Shown here one piece after another: positions 47,854-56,002 of a DNA stretch of 56,002 bases (position 1 is its first letter; the number at the start of each line of letters is the position of its first letter). Both the position numbers and the translations under genes were made by a program. The stretch is from an uncultured Bacillota bacterium. Lineage in GTDB: Bacteria > Bacillota > Clostridia > Christensenellales > Borkfalkiaceae. The notes below the pieces were generated by a model. That model saw nothing but the letters and a program-made list of their open reading frames with translations. It did no database searches and was not told where the DNA came from. The stretch is taken from positions 1 to 56,002 of the forward strand of contig CASEFE010000069.1 in the NCBI GenBank assembly GCA_949287105.1. The letters are read 5' to 3'.

Positions 47854-47886
47854 CTATTTTGCCATTCCCTTTGCCAAATCGTACAT
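47854..47886 (-). CDS. Putative 10-aa micropeptide MYDLAKGMAK
   Basis: AAAGGAGG-8 nt-ATG; the SD abuts the stop of the preceding micro-ORF. Confidence 0.4.
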   Translation of the reverse strand: MYDLAKGMAK

Positions 47887-47901
47887 TGGAGTGCCCTCCT
47901 T

Positions 47902-47934
47902 TCAGCCAAGTTTTCTCAAGTCGGATTTGTACAT
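47902..47934 (-). CDS. Putative 10-aa micropeptide MYKSDLRKLG
   Basis: GGGGAGGT-6 nt-ATG. Confidence 0.4.
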   Translation of the reverse strand: MYKSDLRKLG

Positions 47935-48225
47935 AACAGTACCTCCCCGTTCTTCGGGCAAGACCGAACACGCCGTTCTCTTCGTACTTCCTGCATCATT
48001 TCCGAACGCCAAAGTGTGATATGAGAACGCGTCGTTTCTCCGCTTTTCTGCTTCCGATCGAAATTTTCCTTTGTCTTTCTCTTTACCCTTGTATCGATAT
48101 TCCTGTGCACATTTCCGGTGGAAACCGATGCAAATTGTTTTGTGTTGGGAGGAAACCAGACAAGCGGTGCCCTTGAACTTGAATGTACCGCGGGGAAGAA
48201 GTGATTTTCCCCTTTGGTCAATTTT

Positions 48226-48253
48226 ATTATACCACAAGTTTTGGATTTGTCAA
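48226..48253 (-). promoter_or_regulatory. Sigma-A promoter with extended -10
   Basis: Minus strand TTGACA-16 bp-TATAAT, preceded by TGG. Confidence 0.75.
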
Positions 48254-48294
48254 GAGGGATTTTGAAAATTTTTATTGTTTTTTGAAAGTTTTTT

Positions 48295-49659
48295 TCATCG
48301 TAATGTGTCGAATTGAATATCGTAAGAAGTTTTTACGTTTTGCAAAAGATTTTCTTGTAAGTCATTGAAGCGCGACGGGTAAAAACGATATAGCTTCAAG
48401 ATAATTCCGAAAATATCGCTGTTGCAATCGGCGCATTTTTGCATGACGGCATCCAGTTCTTTTTTGAATTTTTCTTCGGCCGCATGCAGGACGTGTTCGG
48501 GTACGCGGGCGGTTTGTGCGATGTCGATTACTCCTTGCGCGCTGTCAGAATCCGCCACCTGTGCGTTGGCACGGATATGAAAATTGAGAATGGCGGAGTT
48601 GCCCGATACTTTCAGCTTTTGTTCTTTTTTGGAAATTTTCATTTTCAGACAATAGGTTACGGGTTTACCGTCCTGTATTACATCCACCATTCCGTAAGCG
48701 TAGTCGGTAGAAGTGTCTGCAAGATTAAATGCCAAAGTTTCGTCTGTTTCAAGAATGGCGGCTTGTTTTCCCTGATAAAAGAGCATGGTTTTGGAAGCTT
48801 CGAAAATATCGGAGTTCGGAGTGTTTTGGGAGCCTTTTTGGGAAGCCGCATCTGCCTGTTGAGAACAAGGGGCGCAAATAGGAAGGGGGTTGCGTTTCAG
48901 CGGAAAAAGTTTATTCCAGAAAGACCAGAAATTTCCGCAAGGGACCGGCTCGGAATCAACAAGCGAATAAGTATCGGCATTGTTGGGGTTTAAGCCGATC
49001 GAACAAGGTAAAAAAGCGCTTTGAGAAGAACCGTTATTGGGACTGCCGCTTTCGCTTTGCGCTTCCTGTTTTACGGAAACGATCGGAAGGTAACTGCTTG
49101 TATTTGCAGCATAATAACCTTTGGCAAAATCGCGAAGATTCATTACGCTTACAGCTCCGGTTTTTTGTGCTTCCGAAGAAAGAACTTTGGTAATGGCAAG
49201 AGCCGTCAGTTCTCCGATCGGTGAGGTCGCATGCAGGGCGTCTTCCGCGCGGGTTTCGCATACGGCAATCAGGCAAGAGTCATCAATGAACTCGCTTCTT
49301 AGGAAAAAGTTCAAAACATCAAAGACATTATTTTCAGTAATTTTTTTTCCCAAAAGCAAAATTTTGCAGTGGACCAGTGAGGGATACCAACCGGTTTTTC
49401 TGTTGAGTTCTGTAATGGCTTCATTGACCGATTTTGCATTCCGGATGGTCAGATTGCTTGCTTTTCCGTTTCCGCCCTGATCAGGCACGGCAATTTGTAT
49501 GGTAACGTCAAGAAGGTTTTCCTGTTCTGCGCTATCGATTCCGATCGCGGCAATGACCGCGGTTTTTTGAATATCGATCAGCCCGAAATCGTTAGAAAAG
49601 AATAAAAGCAATAAAAAGATTGCAATCGCAATAAAGATTCGTGTCCAATACTTATTCAT
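48295..49659 (-). CDS. Germinant receptor C subunit (Ger(x)C), atypical
   Basis: IDIQKTAVIAAIGID, VTIQIAVP, HCKILLLG, NSDIFG; third gene of a gerA-B-C operon. Confidence 0.85.
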   Translation of the reverse strand: MNKYWTRIFIAIAIFLLLLFFSNDFGLIDIQKTAVIAAIGIDSAEQENLLDVTIQIAVPDQGGNGKASNLTIRNAKSVNEAITELNRKTGWYPSLVHCKILLLGKKITENNVFDVLNFFLRSEFIDDSCLIAVCETRAEDALHATSPIGELTALAITKVLSSEAQKTGAVSVMNLRDFAKGYYAANTSSYLPIVSVKQEAQSESGSPNNGSSQSAFLPCSIGLNPNNADTYSLVDSEPVPCGNFWSFWNKLFPLKRNPLPICAPCSQQADAASQKGSQNTPNSDIFEASKTMLFYQGKQAAILETDETLAFNLADTSTDYAYGMVDVIQDGKPVTYCLKMKISKKEQKLKVSGNSAILNFHIRANAQVADSDSAQGVIDIAQTARVPEHVLHAAEEKFKKELDAVMQKCADCNSDIFGIILKLYRFYPSRFNDLQENLLQNVKTSYDIQFDTLR

Positions 49660-50743
49660 GCTTATCCTCCGTTTGAGGTGTGTTTTTGTTGCGTCGCAAA
49701 AGCAGGCTTAAAAGAGGAATTCCGTAGCCGAAAACGGCAAAAAGGATCCATAACTTCTGCGTATACAGTGATTGTATTTCCACAAAAGAATAATTAAAGA
49801 AAATCGTTAAAACCAAGAGCAACAAGTTGATGATCGCGGAAGGCAGGATGGGCGAACAATCGTCAAAAACTTTTCGGATACAATGCACGCACATTTGGAC
49901 GGGGATGCAATAGGTAAAGATCATGACCAGTGTCAGCGCGAAGATAAACAAGAGGTCAATTCGGCCCAACGAAGTATTTGCCGTAGTATATTTTGGAATT
50001 TGCGCGATGGTGTTGTGTTGCAAAACGGCGATATCCGAATAAATGCCGTAAAAAATTGCGAGAAATAACAAAACGGCAAGGGCACCGATGGTGTAAGAAC
50101 CGATAATTTTACCTGCGGCGCCTTTTTCGTATTGAAAGTGTCCGAGGAAAAAGAGCATATACAGGCAGTCGGTATACCAGTTAAAGCTATGCAGGCAACC
50201 GTTGAAAATATTTTGTGCGCCGGTCGCTCCGAAAGGGAGCAGGGCGGTAAAATCGGCATGAGGTATTGCAAGCAACAGGATGGCCGTAAAAGAGAATGCA
50301 AAAATGGGCATGGAAATATCCGCAACTCTGCCTATGCTTTTGAATCCCTTTGTGCAGGCGAAAAAGCAAAGCCCGAAAAAAGGAGCAAATGAAATGACGG
50401 ATGGAACATTTTCATATAATTCCTGAATGACAAAGTTTTTTTGTTCCATCATGGGCAATACGGCGGACAATGCGAAAAAGAGGGCAAAAATCGCATAGAC
50501 GATTTTCGCGCCTATTTTTCCAAAAGTATTTTGCAACAGATCGAAGAAGGTGCAGGTCGTGCGGCTTGCAAGGAATAAAATGAGTCCGAGCACAATTCCT
50601 TCGATCAAAAAATTACCAAGAGCCGCTAAAATAAGATCGTTTCGGGTCTGATATACGAGCGTAGCGGGGTAAACAATTGTTTTTGTAAGCGGTATCATCA
50701 CGGCAAAAATGAAACAGATCTGCCGCAGTTTGATTTTATCCAT
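49652..50743 (-). CDS. Germinant receptor B subunit (Ger(x)B, APC-like)
   Basis: About 10 TM; FGKIGAKI, KGFKSIGRV, LGRIDLLF; operon context. Confidence 0.82.
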   Translation of the reverse strand: MDKIKLRQICFIFAVMIPLTKTIVYPATLVYQTRNDLILAALGNFLIEGIVLGLILFLASRTTCTFFDLLQNTFGKIGAKIVYAIFALFFALSAVLPMMEQKNFVIQELYENVPSVISFAPFFGLCFFACTKGFKSIGRVADISMPIFAFSFTAILLLAIPHADFTALLPFGATGAQNIFNGCLHSFNWYTDCLYMLFFLGHFQYEKGAAGKIIGSYTIGALAVLLFLAIFYGIYSDIAVLQHNTIAQIPKYTTANTSLGRIDLLFIFALTLVMIFTYCIPVQMCVHCIRKVFDDCSPILPSAIINLLLLVLTIFFNYSFVEIQSLYTQKLWILFAVFGYGIPLLSLLLRRNKNTPQTEDKHE

Positions 50744-50751
50744 TTGTCTCC

Positions 50752-52248
50752 TTATTGTGCACTTTCGGTTTCTTCGGCGATTTTTTTATTGTGCACTTTC
50801 AGCCTTGTTTTATTTTTTCCGCGTAAGACAGCGGGGCGCGTATTCAGAGAATAAATATCCGATTTATAAATGGAGTCGCGTAAGTCTTTTTTGATCAGGG
50901 GAGAAAAGGGAGCGAGCAGCGGTGTTCCGTAGCTGTCGGAAGATACGAGGTAATAGACGATCAGAGCCGTAAAGAGTAAAATTCCGTAAGTTCCGATACT
51001 TCCTGCAACGACTACGTATGCCAGCCGTATGACGGAAAGCGTGCCGGTCAGATCGGGAACGGTGTAGGCGGAAATTCCGGAAAGAGCCACAATGATGATG
51101 GCGGAAGAGGAAACAAGCCCTGCTTTTACGGCAGTGTCGCCGAGCACCAAAGCGCCGATGACAGACAGTGCCAAAGCAACGTATTTTGGCATACGTACGC
51201 TGGCTTCGACGAGAACTTCAAGCACAATGAGAAGAAAGAACAGTTCCAGGCTCGGTGAAAGGGGTAAATCTTTGACGCCGCTGGAAATTGTCATTAAAAG
51301 TCCGAAAGGTAAAAGTTGCAGGCGGAACAATTCAGCCGCCACATAAAAAGCGGGCAGAAAGAGAGAAATGATTACGGCCATCAAACGAAGAAGTCGGCTG
51401 ATCGTTGCGCGGTAGGGTGAAACAAAATAATCCTGCGAGCTTTGAAAATCTTCTGCAAGAATATAAGGCAGCGTCAGTGCAATGGGGGAGCCGTCCACGA
51501 GAATGGCGACGCGACCTTCCAGCATTTTTGCACAGAGAATATCCGGTTTTTCCGTTGTTCCGATCTGTTTGAACAGGGAATACGGCTTCTTTGCCAAAAA
51601 TTTTCCGATATAGGAGGAATCGGGTATTCCGTCGATATCAGCGGCAAGGATACGTTGTTTGATTTCTTTGATGATGGAATGATCGGCAATATTGTCAAGG
51701 TAAGCGATGGCAACAAAAGTTTTGCTTTCGCGCCCCACCTCAACGGTATCAAAGCGCAAAGAAGGCGTTTTGAGCCGTCGGCGTATGAGGCTCATATTTG
51801 TCTTTACGTCTTCAATAAAACCTTCGCGCGGGCCTTTGACGGTAATGGAAGTCTGCGGTTCCATGACGGCACGAACGGAGATCTTTTTGGTACCGAGAAC
51901 GATGGCGTCGGCAATTTTTCCGATAAGAAGGGCGGGATTGCCCGCGAGAATTTCAGCGCAGGCCATGTTCGGATCGGTCGCAATTTTTGTTTCGGGAAAA
52001 TAGAGCAGTTTTTGCGCGTCTTCCACAGTCGTCGGAGCTTTGGCAAGGGATAAAGGTTTTGCGACAAGCTGTCCCAAAAGCTCTTTGTCGGTGATCCCGT
52101 CGGCATAAATTGCGGCACAGTCGATTTCGTCCTGTGTCCGGAATCGGTAAACAAGGACGTCGTCGGCAGGTAACATATTTTTAATGATCGAAATATCCGT
52201 TTCAATGTTGCCCGTAAAAGATTTCGGGCTGTTTTTCTTTTTATCCAC
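50752..52248 (-). CDS. Germinant receptor A subunit (Ger(x)A)
   Basis: KGPREGFIE, NMSLIRRR, TEKPD, EGRVAILVDGSP, EASVRMP, SVIGALVLGDTAVKAG. Confidence 0.95.
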   Translation of the reverse strand: MDKKKNSPKSFTGNIETDISIIKNMLPADDVLVYRFRTQDEIDCAAIYADGITDKELLGQLVAKPLSLAKAPTTVEDAQKLLYFPETKIATDPNMACAEILAGNPALLIGKIADAIVLGTKKISVRAVMEPQTSITVKGPREGFIEDVKTNMSLIRRRLKTPSLRFDTVEVGRESKTFVAIAYLDNIADHSIIKEIKQRILAADIDGIPDSSYIGKFLAKKPYSLFKQIGTTEKPDILCAKMLEGRVAILVDGSPIALTLPYILAEDFQSSQDYFVSPYRATISRLLRLMAVIISLFLPAFYVAAELFRLQLLPFGLLMTISSGVKDLPLSPSLELFFLLIVLEVLVEASVRMPKYVALALSVIGALVLGDTAVKAGLVSSSAIIIVALSGISAYTVPDLTGTLSVIRLAYVVVAGSIGTYGILLFTALIVYYLVSSDSYGTPLLAPFSPLIKKDLRDSIYKSDIYSLNTRPAVLRGKNKTRLKVHNKKIAEETESAQ

Positions 52249-52253
52249 GATGA

Positions 52254-52282
52254 AAGTTTGTGCGATCTGCGAGGGAATATTC
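52254..52282 (-). promoter_or_regulatory. Sigma-G/F-like promoter of the ger operon
   Basis: Minus strand GAATA-17 nt-CAAACTT, ending 5 nt before the GTG. Confidence 0.45.
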
Positions 52283-52290
52283 GGTAAAAA

Positions 52291-52329
52291 TAAAAAGAAA
52301 CGCCGTCCGCGAAAAATTCGCGGACGGCG
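52291..52329 (-). terminator. Terminator of the holin-like gene
   Basis: CGCCGTCCGCGAA / TTCGCGGACGGCG with a U-tract on the minus strand. Confidence 0.75.
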
Positions 52330-52347
52330 CCGTATGCGGGATATTCT

Positions 52348-52842
52348 TTACAGTGTGGAAAGGGTATTTTTCAGTAAGGCGTATACAAGATTTGTCTCTT
52401 TCCCGCAAAAAGCTTGCAAAAGAGAAGTGGCTTCCGTTTCGTCATTTCCCACTGCGTCGGCAATTTTTTTTGCATCTTCGTCGGAAATCTGAGCGAAAGG
52501 CGCAAGAATGGTTTTTACGCATTCGATGCGGATATCGCCTTTACCGTTTTTGCGAAGGAACTGCTCATAGACTACATGGATTATGGTTGCAAGGGATCCG
52601 CAAGTAAAACCGGAAGAAAATATTTCCGCAACCGAATCGGCAGACAAATTGCCGAAGATAGCCGAATAGGCAGCAAACAGCGCTATGCCGAGCAAAAAGG
52701 GCAAGATGGTGATATACTTCTTTTTCACATGTTTCAATAGAGTGTTTTTCAGAAGTGCCGTCAACGCCCAGACTGCAACGCCGATGATCAATACATCCGC
52801 ATTGAATTGCCTAAGGTATTCGAGAAACTGTAACATATTCAC
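52348..52842 (-). CDS. Membrane protein with a holin-like 3-TM N-terminus and soluble C-terminal domain
   Basis: RBS AAGGAG; ALLKNTLLKHVKKKYITILPFLLG..SGFTCGSLATIIHVVYEQF resembles the pattern of 3-TM Firmicute holins (by eye). Confidence 0.6.
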   Translation of the reverse strand: MNMLQFLEYLRQFNADVLIIGVAVWALTALLKNTLLKHVKKKYITILPFLLGIALFAAYSAIFGNLSADSVAEIFSSGFTCGSLATIIHVVYEQFLRKNGKGDIRIECVKTILAPFAQISDEDAKKIADAVGNDETEATSLLQAFCGKETNLVYALLKNTLSTL

Positions 52843-53304
52843 GTGAATCTCCTTGCAAAAGCAGACCGATCGGATTTGCTTTTGCGATATTTGAATTCCC
52901 GCCGCAATCAAAATTATAAGGGATCAAACCGGCAAAAACCAGTATGCATGCCAAAAAAATACCGCTTTGCAAAGAAATGCAAAGCGGCAAAAAATAAAGG
53001 AATAAAAGAAGAAATTTGTATAAGCTCATGGATAAGGCGGCGAAGCGATAAGTTTACAGCACGGCAGTCTTTCAAAAATAAAAACGATTTTTGAGTTTTG
53101 GAAAATTTTATTCCTGCAAAGAAATTTTTATAGGTTTTTGCTGTGCGGATATTATGTGTTTGATGATCCGCAATGTGCGCGTTCTGCGATCGGATTATCT
53201 TTGCACGGTCAGAAAGGAAGTGGGGCGTTTGAACTTTATAAAAACCTTGCAAGCTGAGTTTTCTATATGATACATAAAAATTTTATGTAAAAAACAGCTG
53301 AGCT

Positions 53305-55632
53305 TTAATTTGCGTTGTCGGCACAGGAAAAGAGCCGCATGGCTACGACGGTCATATCATCGGGCGCAATTCCTCCCGTGCATTGAAGAGCTTCGTTGAG
53401 AAGTTCGTCGGCAAGCGACTGCGGATTGGTTGTGCGCATTTTGTTAAGACAATCGGAAAGATCCGCGCTTGATCCGAATGCGGCCGTGATCCCGTCGCTT
53501 AAAAAGACGAGCATATCTCCGTCTTTGAGGGCGCGGGAAAGTACGGTAGGGCGAACGCCGTCTAAAATGCCGAGCGGAAGTGAATCGCTTTCCAAAATTT
53601 CCGTTCCGCTTTCGGAAAGCAGGAAGCCGAGCGGTGAGCCGATCTTAATTATGTCTGTTCTGCCTGTATCCAGATTGACGGTCGCAACGTCGACACAGAC
53701 AAAGCGTTCGTCTTTGCGGAAAGATAAAAGGCCGTTTACGGTTTCGAGCATACTTTCGCCGGTCAGACCTGCGCGGCAAAAGCTTTCAATAAGAGAAAGT
53801 GCGGAATCAGATACATAGCGTGCATATCTTCCGCTGCCCATACCGTCGGAGAGGGCGAGCAAAAAAGTTCGTTCGTCGATTTTTATCATGGAATGCGTAT
53901 CACCGCACAGTGATTCGCCGTCTTTTGTGCGGCTGGCTACGCCGAAGGCGGCGTCAAGCCCCGGTTTTCGCCGCAGCAAACATATGTATTTTCCGGCCGG
54001 AAGTTCTCTTTTTTTAGACAGTGCGAGCGGCATCCCGAGTGCGGAAGAAACGGCTCGGCATACGCTCTCGCCGTTTGCATTTTCCGAAAGCGTGAGCAAA
54101 ACTTCGGGCGGATCTCCATAGATGAGAACTTCCTCGCAGGCGATGCCGCTGTGCGCGAGGGCGGACTGTACGGCCCTTTCCGATTCGCGGTGTCTGCCAA
54201 TGGGTGAACACTGTTCCACAGCCAGTTTTTTGAGCATTTCGGCAACGGCGCGCGCCTGATCGGCAAGCAGTTTTCTTCCGAGGATCTGATTTTCCGTTTC
54301 AGCCATGCGTCTTCTGTATTCGGCAAGCATCTTATTGAGCGAAAAGAGCAGGGCGGAAGGTTCGTTGCAGTGCGCCGTAACGGCGGAAGGCAGATCGATC
54401 AGATTTGCTTTTCCCTTTGCGCATCCGACGGCAACGAGTTTTTCCAGCGCTTCGGTCGTTTCCTGTTCGCATTCCTGCCTCTTTTCGCAGGAAGAACAAA
54501 CTTCTTTGCGAAGTTCGCTAAGGATAAACGTGCGTACGGCCGTTTCGCTTTCGGTATCGGCTTCCGATTCGGAGAAAGTATTTTCGATCTCGCGGAACAC
54601 GGCGGATATTTCAAACAATTTTTCGCTGATCACGGAACGGTTACGGTTGATACCTGCACGCGTAAGCGCTTTGTCACTGTAACGGTGCATCGACTCTGCC
54701 AATTTCCGCAACAAAAAGTCTGGAAACAGAGCAAACAGCGCGCAGGGGATCAGCGGCACAAGCATAACCAGATAAAACGCAGATCCGGTAAACGCTGCCG
54801 TAAAATCGGACGCGGAGAAAAAATCGAGAAAATAATGGGCGGTCACATCGGCAAGAAACACGGCAAGGGCCGCCGGCAATTTGCCTATACGCTGGAATAC
54901 GACTGCAACGGCTGCATACAGAGCAAACAGCGCGCACATAGTCAGTTCAGGCGCGGCGGCGTCAATGCTCTCACAGATGGAAACGGGCAGAGCAAGGACC
55001 AATGCGCAGAGTGCGGCGTTTCCGTTTCCAAGCAGTGCGGCGGCAAATAAAAGAAACAGCAAAGCGATCCCTTCATAGGCATAGGCGCCGATTCCGTTGT
55101 AAAGGCCGATTCCTGCCGCCGCGACGGCGGCAGAACAAAAAATCAGATCTTCGCTGGTAAGCCGTTTTTTTCCGGCGCGGTAAAAGAGGCAGCGCATCGC
55201 TCCGATAAAGACAAAACAAAGCAGGTAAATACAGACGCCCACAATGGCAGCTCTCGCGTAGCTGTGGTAAACATATGCACCGAACAGCCAGAAAAAAAGC
55301 AGAACAGCGGCAAGGAGAACCAAGGCTATTTCTCGTCTTATAGTGCGTCCGTAATAGCGGTACAGGGCAAACACGGCGCCGAGAATCAAACCTTGGACGG
55401 CAAAAACGGCAAACGGAATGGCACCGGCGGAAAAGCTCAGTCCTCCGGCAAGCAAATAAAGCCCCGCCGCTCCAAGCGGGTTTGCTCCGCACATGAGTGC
55501 GGCGGAGAGAAGAGCCAGGGAAAAAGGTTCAAACGATTTCATCGTAAAATTGAGAAACAGCATTCCCAAAAAAAGCGTCGCATATATGAACACCGTTTTG
55601 TAGCCATATTTATTGATGAATTTATTTGTCAT
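53305..55632 (-). CDS. spoIIE: Stage II sporulation protein E (membrane domain plus PP2C phosphatase)
   Basis: N-terminal TMs, VCSSCEKRQEC, CGDTHS, LSDGMGSG, DVATVNL, LPLGIL, LSDGI, DDMTV. Confidence 0.9.
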   Translation of the reverse strand: MTNKFINKYGYKTVFIYATLFLGMLFLNFTMKSFEPFSLALLSAALMCGANPLGAAGLYLLAGGLSFSAGAIPFAVFAVQGLILGAVFALYRYYGRTIRREIALVLLAAVLLFFWLFGAYVYHSYARAAIVGVCIYLLCFVFIGAMRCLFYRAGKKRLTSEDLIFCSAAVAAAGIGLYNGIGAYAYEGIALLFLLFAAALLGNGNAALCALVLALPVSICESIDAAAPELTMCALFALYAAVAVVFQRIGKLPAALAVFLADVTAHYFLDFFSASDFTAAFTGSAFYLVMLVPLIPCALFALFPDFLLRKLAESMHRYSDKALTRAGINRNRSVISEKLFEISAVFREIENTFSESEADTESETAVRTFILSELRKEVCSSCEKRQECEQETTEALEKLVAVGCAKGKANLIDLPSAVTAHCNEPSALLFSLNKMLAEYRRRMAETENQILGRKLLADQARAVAEMLKKLAVEQCSPIGRHRESERAVQSALAHSGIACEEVLIYGDPPEVLLTLSENANGESVCRAVSSALGMPLALSKKRELPAGKYICLLRRKPGLDAAFGVASRTKDGESLCGDTHSMIKIDERTFLLALSDGMGSGRYARYVSDSALSLIESFCRAGLTGESMLETVNGLLSFRKDERFVCVDVATVNLDTGRTDIIKIGSPLGFLLSESGTEILESDSLPLGILDGVRPTVLSRALKDGDMLVFLSDGITAAFGSSADLSDCLNKMRTTNPQSLADELLNEALQCTGGIAPDDMTVVAMRLFSCADNAN

Positions 55633-55833
55633 ACAATCCTCGTTTGTTACTATATTTTTTTGTATTTTATCATAGTCGCGCGCGTAAAATTTGAAAAATT
55701 TTGTTGAACGGTGTTATTTTTCCACGAAAAAGGCGAGGAGCTGAAAGCCCCTCGCCAAAAAAATTCGTGAGAATGAAATAATAAAATTTATTAAAATCCC
55801 GAAGCGAAAATATTTTTTGAAATTACTTTTCGA

Positions 55834-55949
55834 GAGAACGGCAATATCGGTTCTAAAAAGTAAGATTCAAAAAGATCCGAAAGATGTGTAAAAAATTTTG
55901 CTTTATTTGTGTGACACAGACAGGTACACCATGAGAACGGCAATATCGG
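55834..55949. repeat. Exact 17-bp direct repeat GAGAACGGCAATATCGG at 55834-55850 and 55933-55949
   Basis: Seen directly; one copy inside mnmG, one just downstream of it. Confidence 0.85.
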
Positions 55950-56002
55950 CAGGGTTGACGCCCGAAATGCGGCCTGCCTGCCCGAGGTTTTCCGGACGGA
56001 TC
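55903..56002 (-). CDS. mnmG: 3' end of the tRNA uridine-5-carboxymethylaminomethyl modification enzyme (partial, cut by the window edge)
   Basis: Manual translation [32 protein letters not shown] matches the MnmG/GidA C-terminal motif. Confidence 0.88.
   Translation of the reverse strand, partial: IRPENLGQAGRISGVNPADIAVLMVYLSVSHK

Larger units (their letters stand above)
47703..48219 (-). ncRNA. Candidate ~515-nt structured RNA or micropeptide mRNA
   Basis: Consensus promoter and terminator with no convincing conventional gene between them; several hairpins; two 10-aa ORFs with SD. Confidence 0.6.

Noticed and set aside
47703-48219. tmRNA, RNase P, SRP or 6S identity for the orphan transcript
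   Set aside because: No tRNA-like ends or Ala-ending tag, no GAGGAAAGUCC core, no SRP helix-8 motif, no long 6S rod; only a short GTTCAAGGG resemblance
47902-48237. 111-aa and 101-aa minus-strand ORFs and the 110-aa plus-strand ORF in the same gap
   Set aside because: The minus-strand starts lie in or at the promoter with no SD, the plus-strand ORF begins in the repeat array and crosses a terminator hairpin, and none reads as protein-like

Overview
A 56-kb chromosomal window from a spore-forming Clostridia-class Firmicute, inferred from spmAB, gerABC, spoIIE, an L21 leader and sigma-A/sigma-G-like promoters. No finer taxonomy can be supported. Left part (1-28.7 kb): housekeeping and envelope genes, namely metG, spmAB, an M16 peptidase, MATE, ybaK, a CLC-F-like transporter, tilS-hpt, a wzm/wzt/glf glycan cluster, an acetyltransferase-only GlmU followed by glmM and glmS, rplU-rpmA without prp, ogg, a PHP phosphatase, gtrA and a GT-C/GtrB fusion. 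Centre (28.85-46.7 kb): an 18-kb glycyl-radical bacterial microcompartment locus of the fucose/rhamnose to 1,2-propanediol to propionate/propanol type (GRM5-like). It carries an embedded ParA ATPase and a short partner with a degenerate ParB fold and no HTH, a candidate microcompartment-positioning system. Right part: a 1.6-kb gap with no convincing conventional gene, holding a 4 x ~75-bp repeat array and a ~515-nt promoter-to-terminator unit with two tandem 10-aa micro-ORFs that each have a strong RBS; then gerA-B-C, a holin-like gene, spoIIE and the 3' end of mnmG. A second small RNA candidate lies at 3557-3674. I saw no rRNA, tRNA, cas gene, transposase or integrase. All calls come from reading sequence and motifs by eye; no database searches were run.
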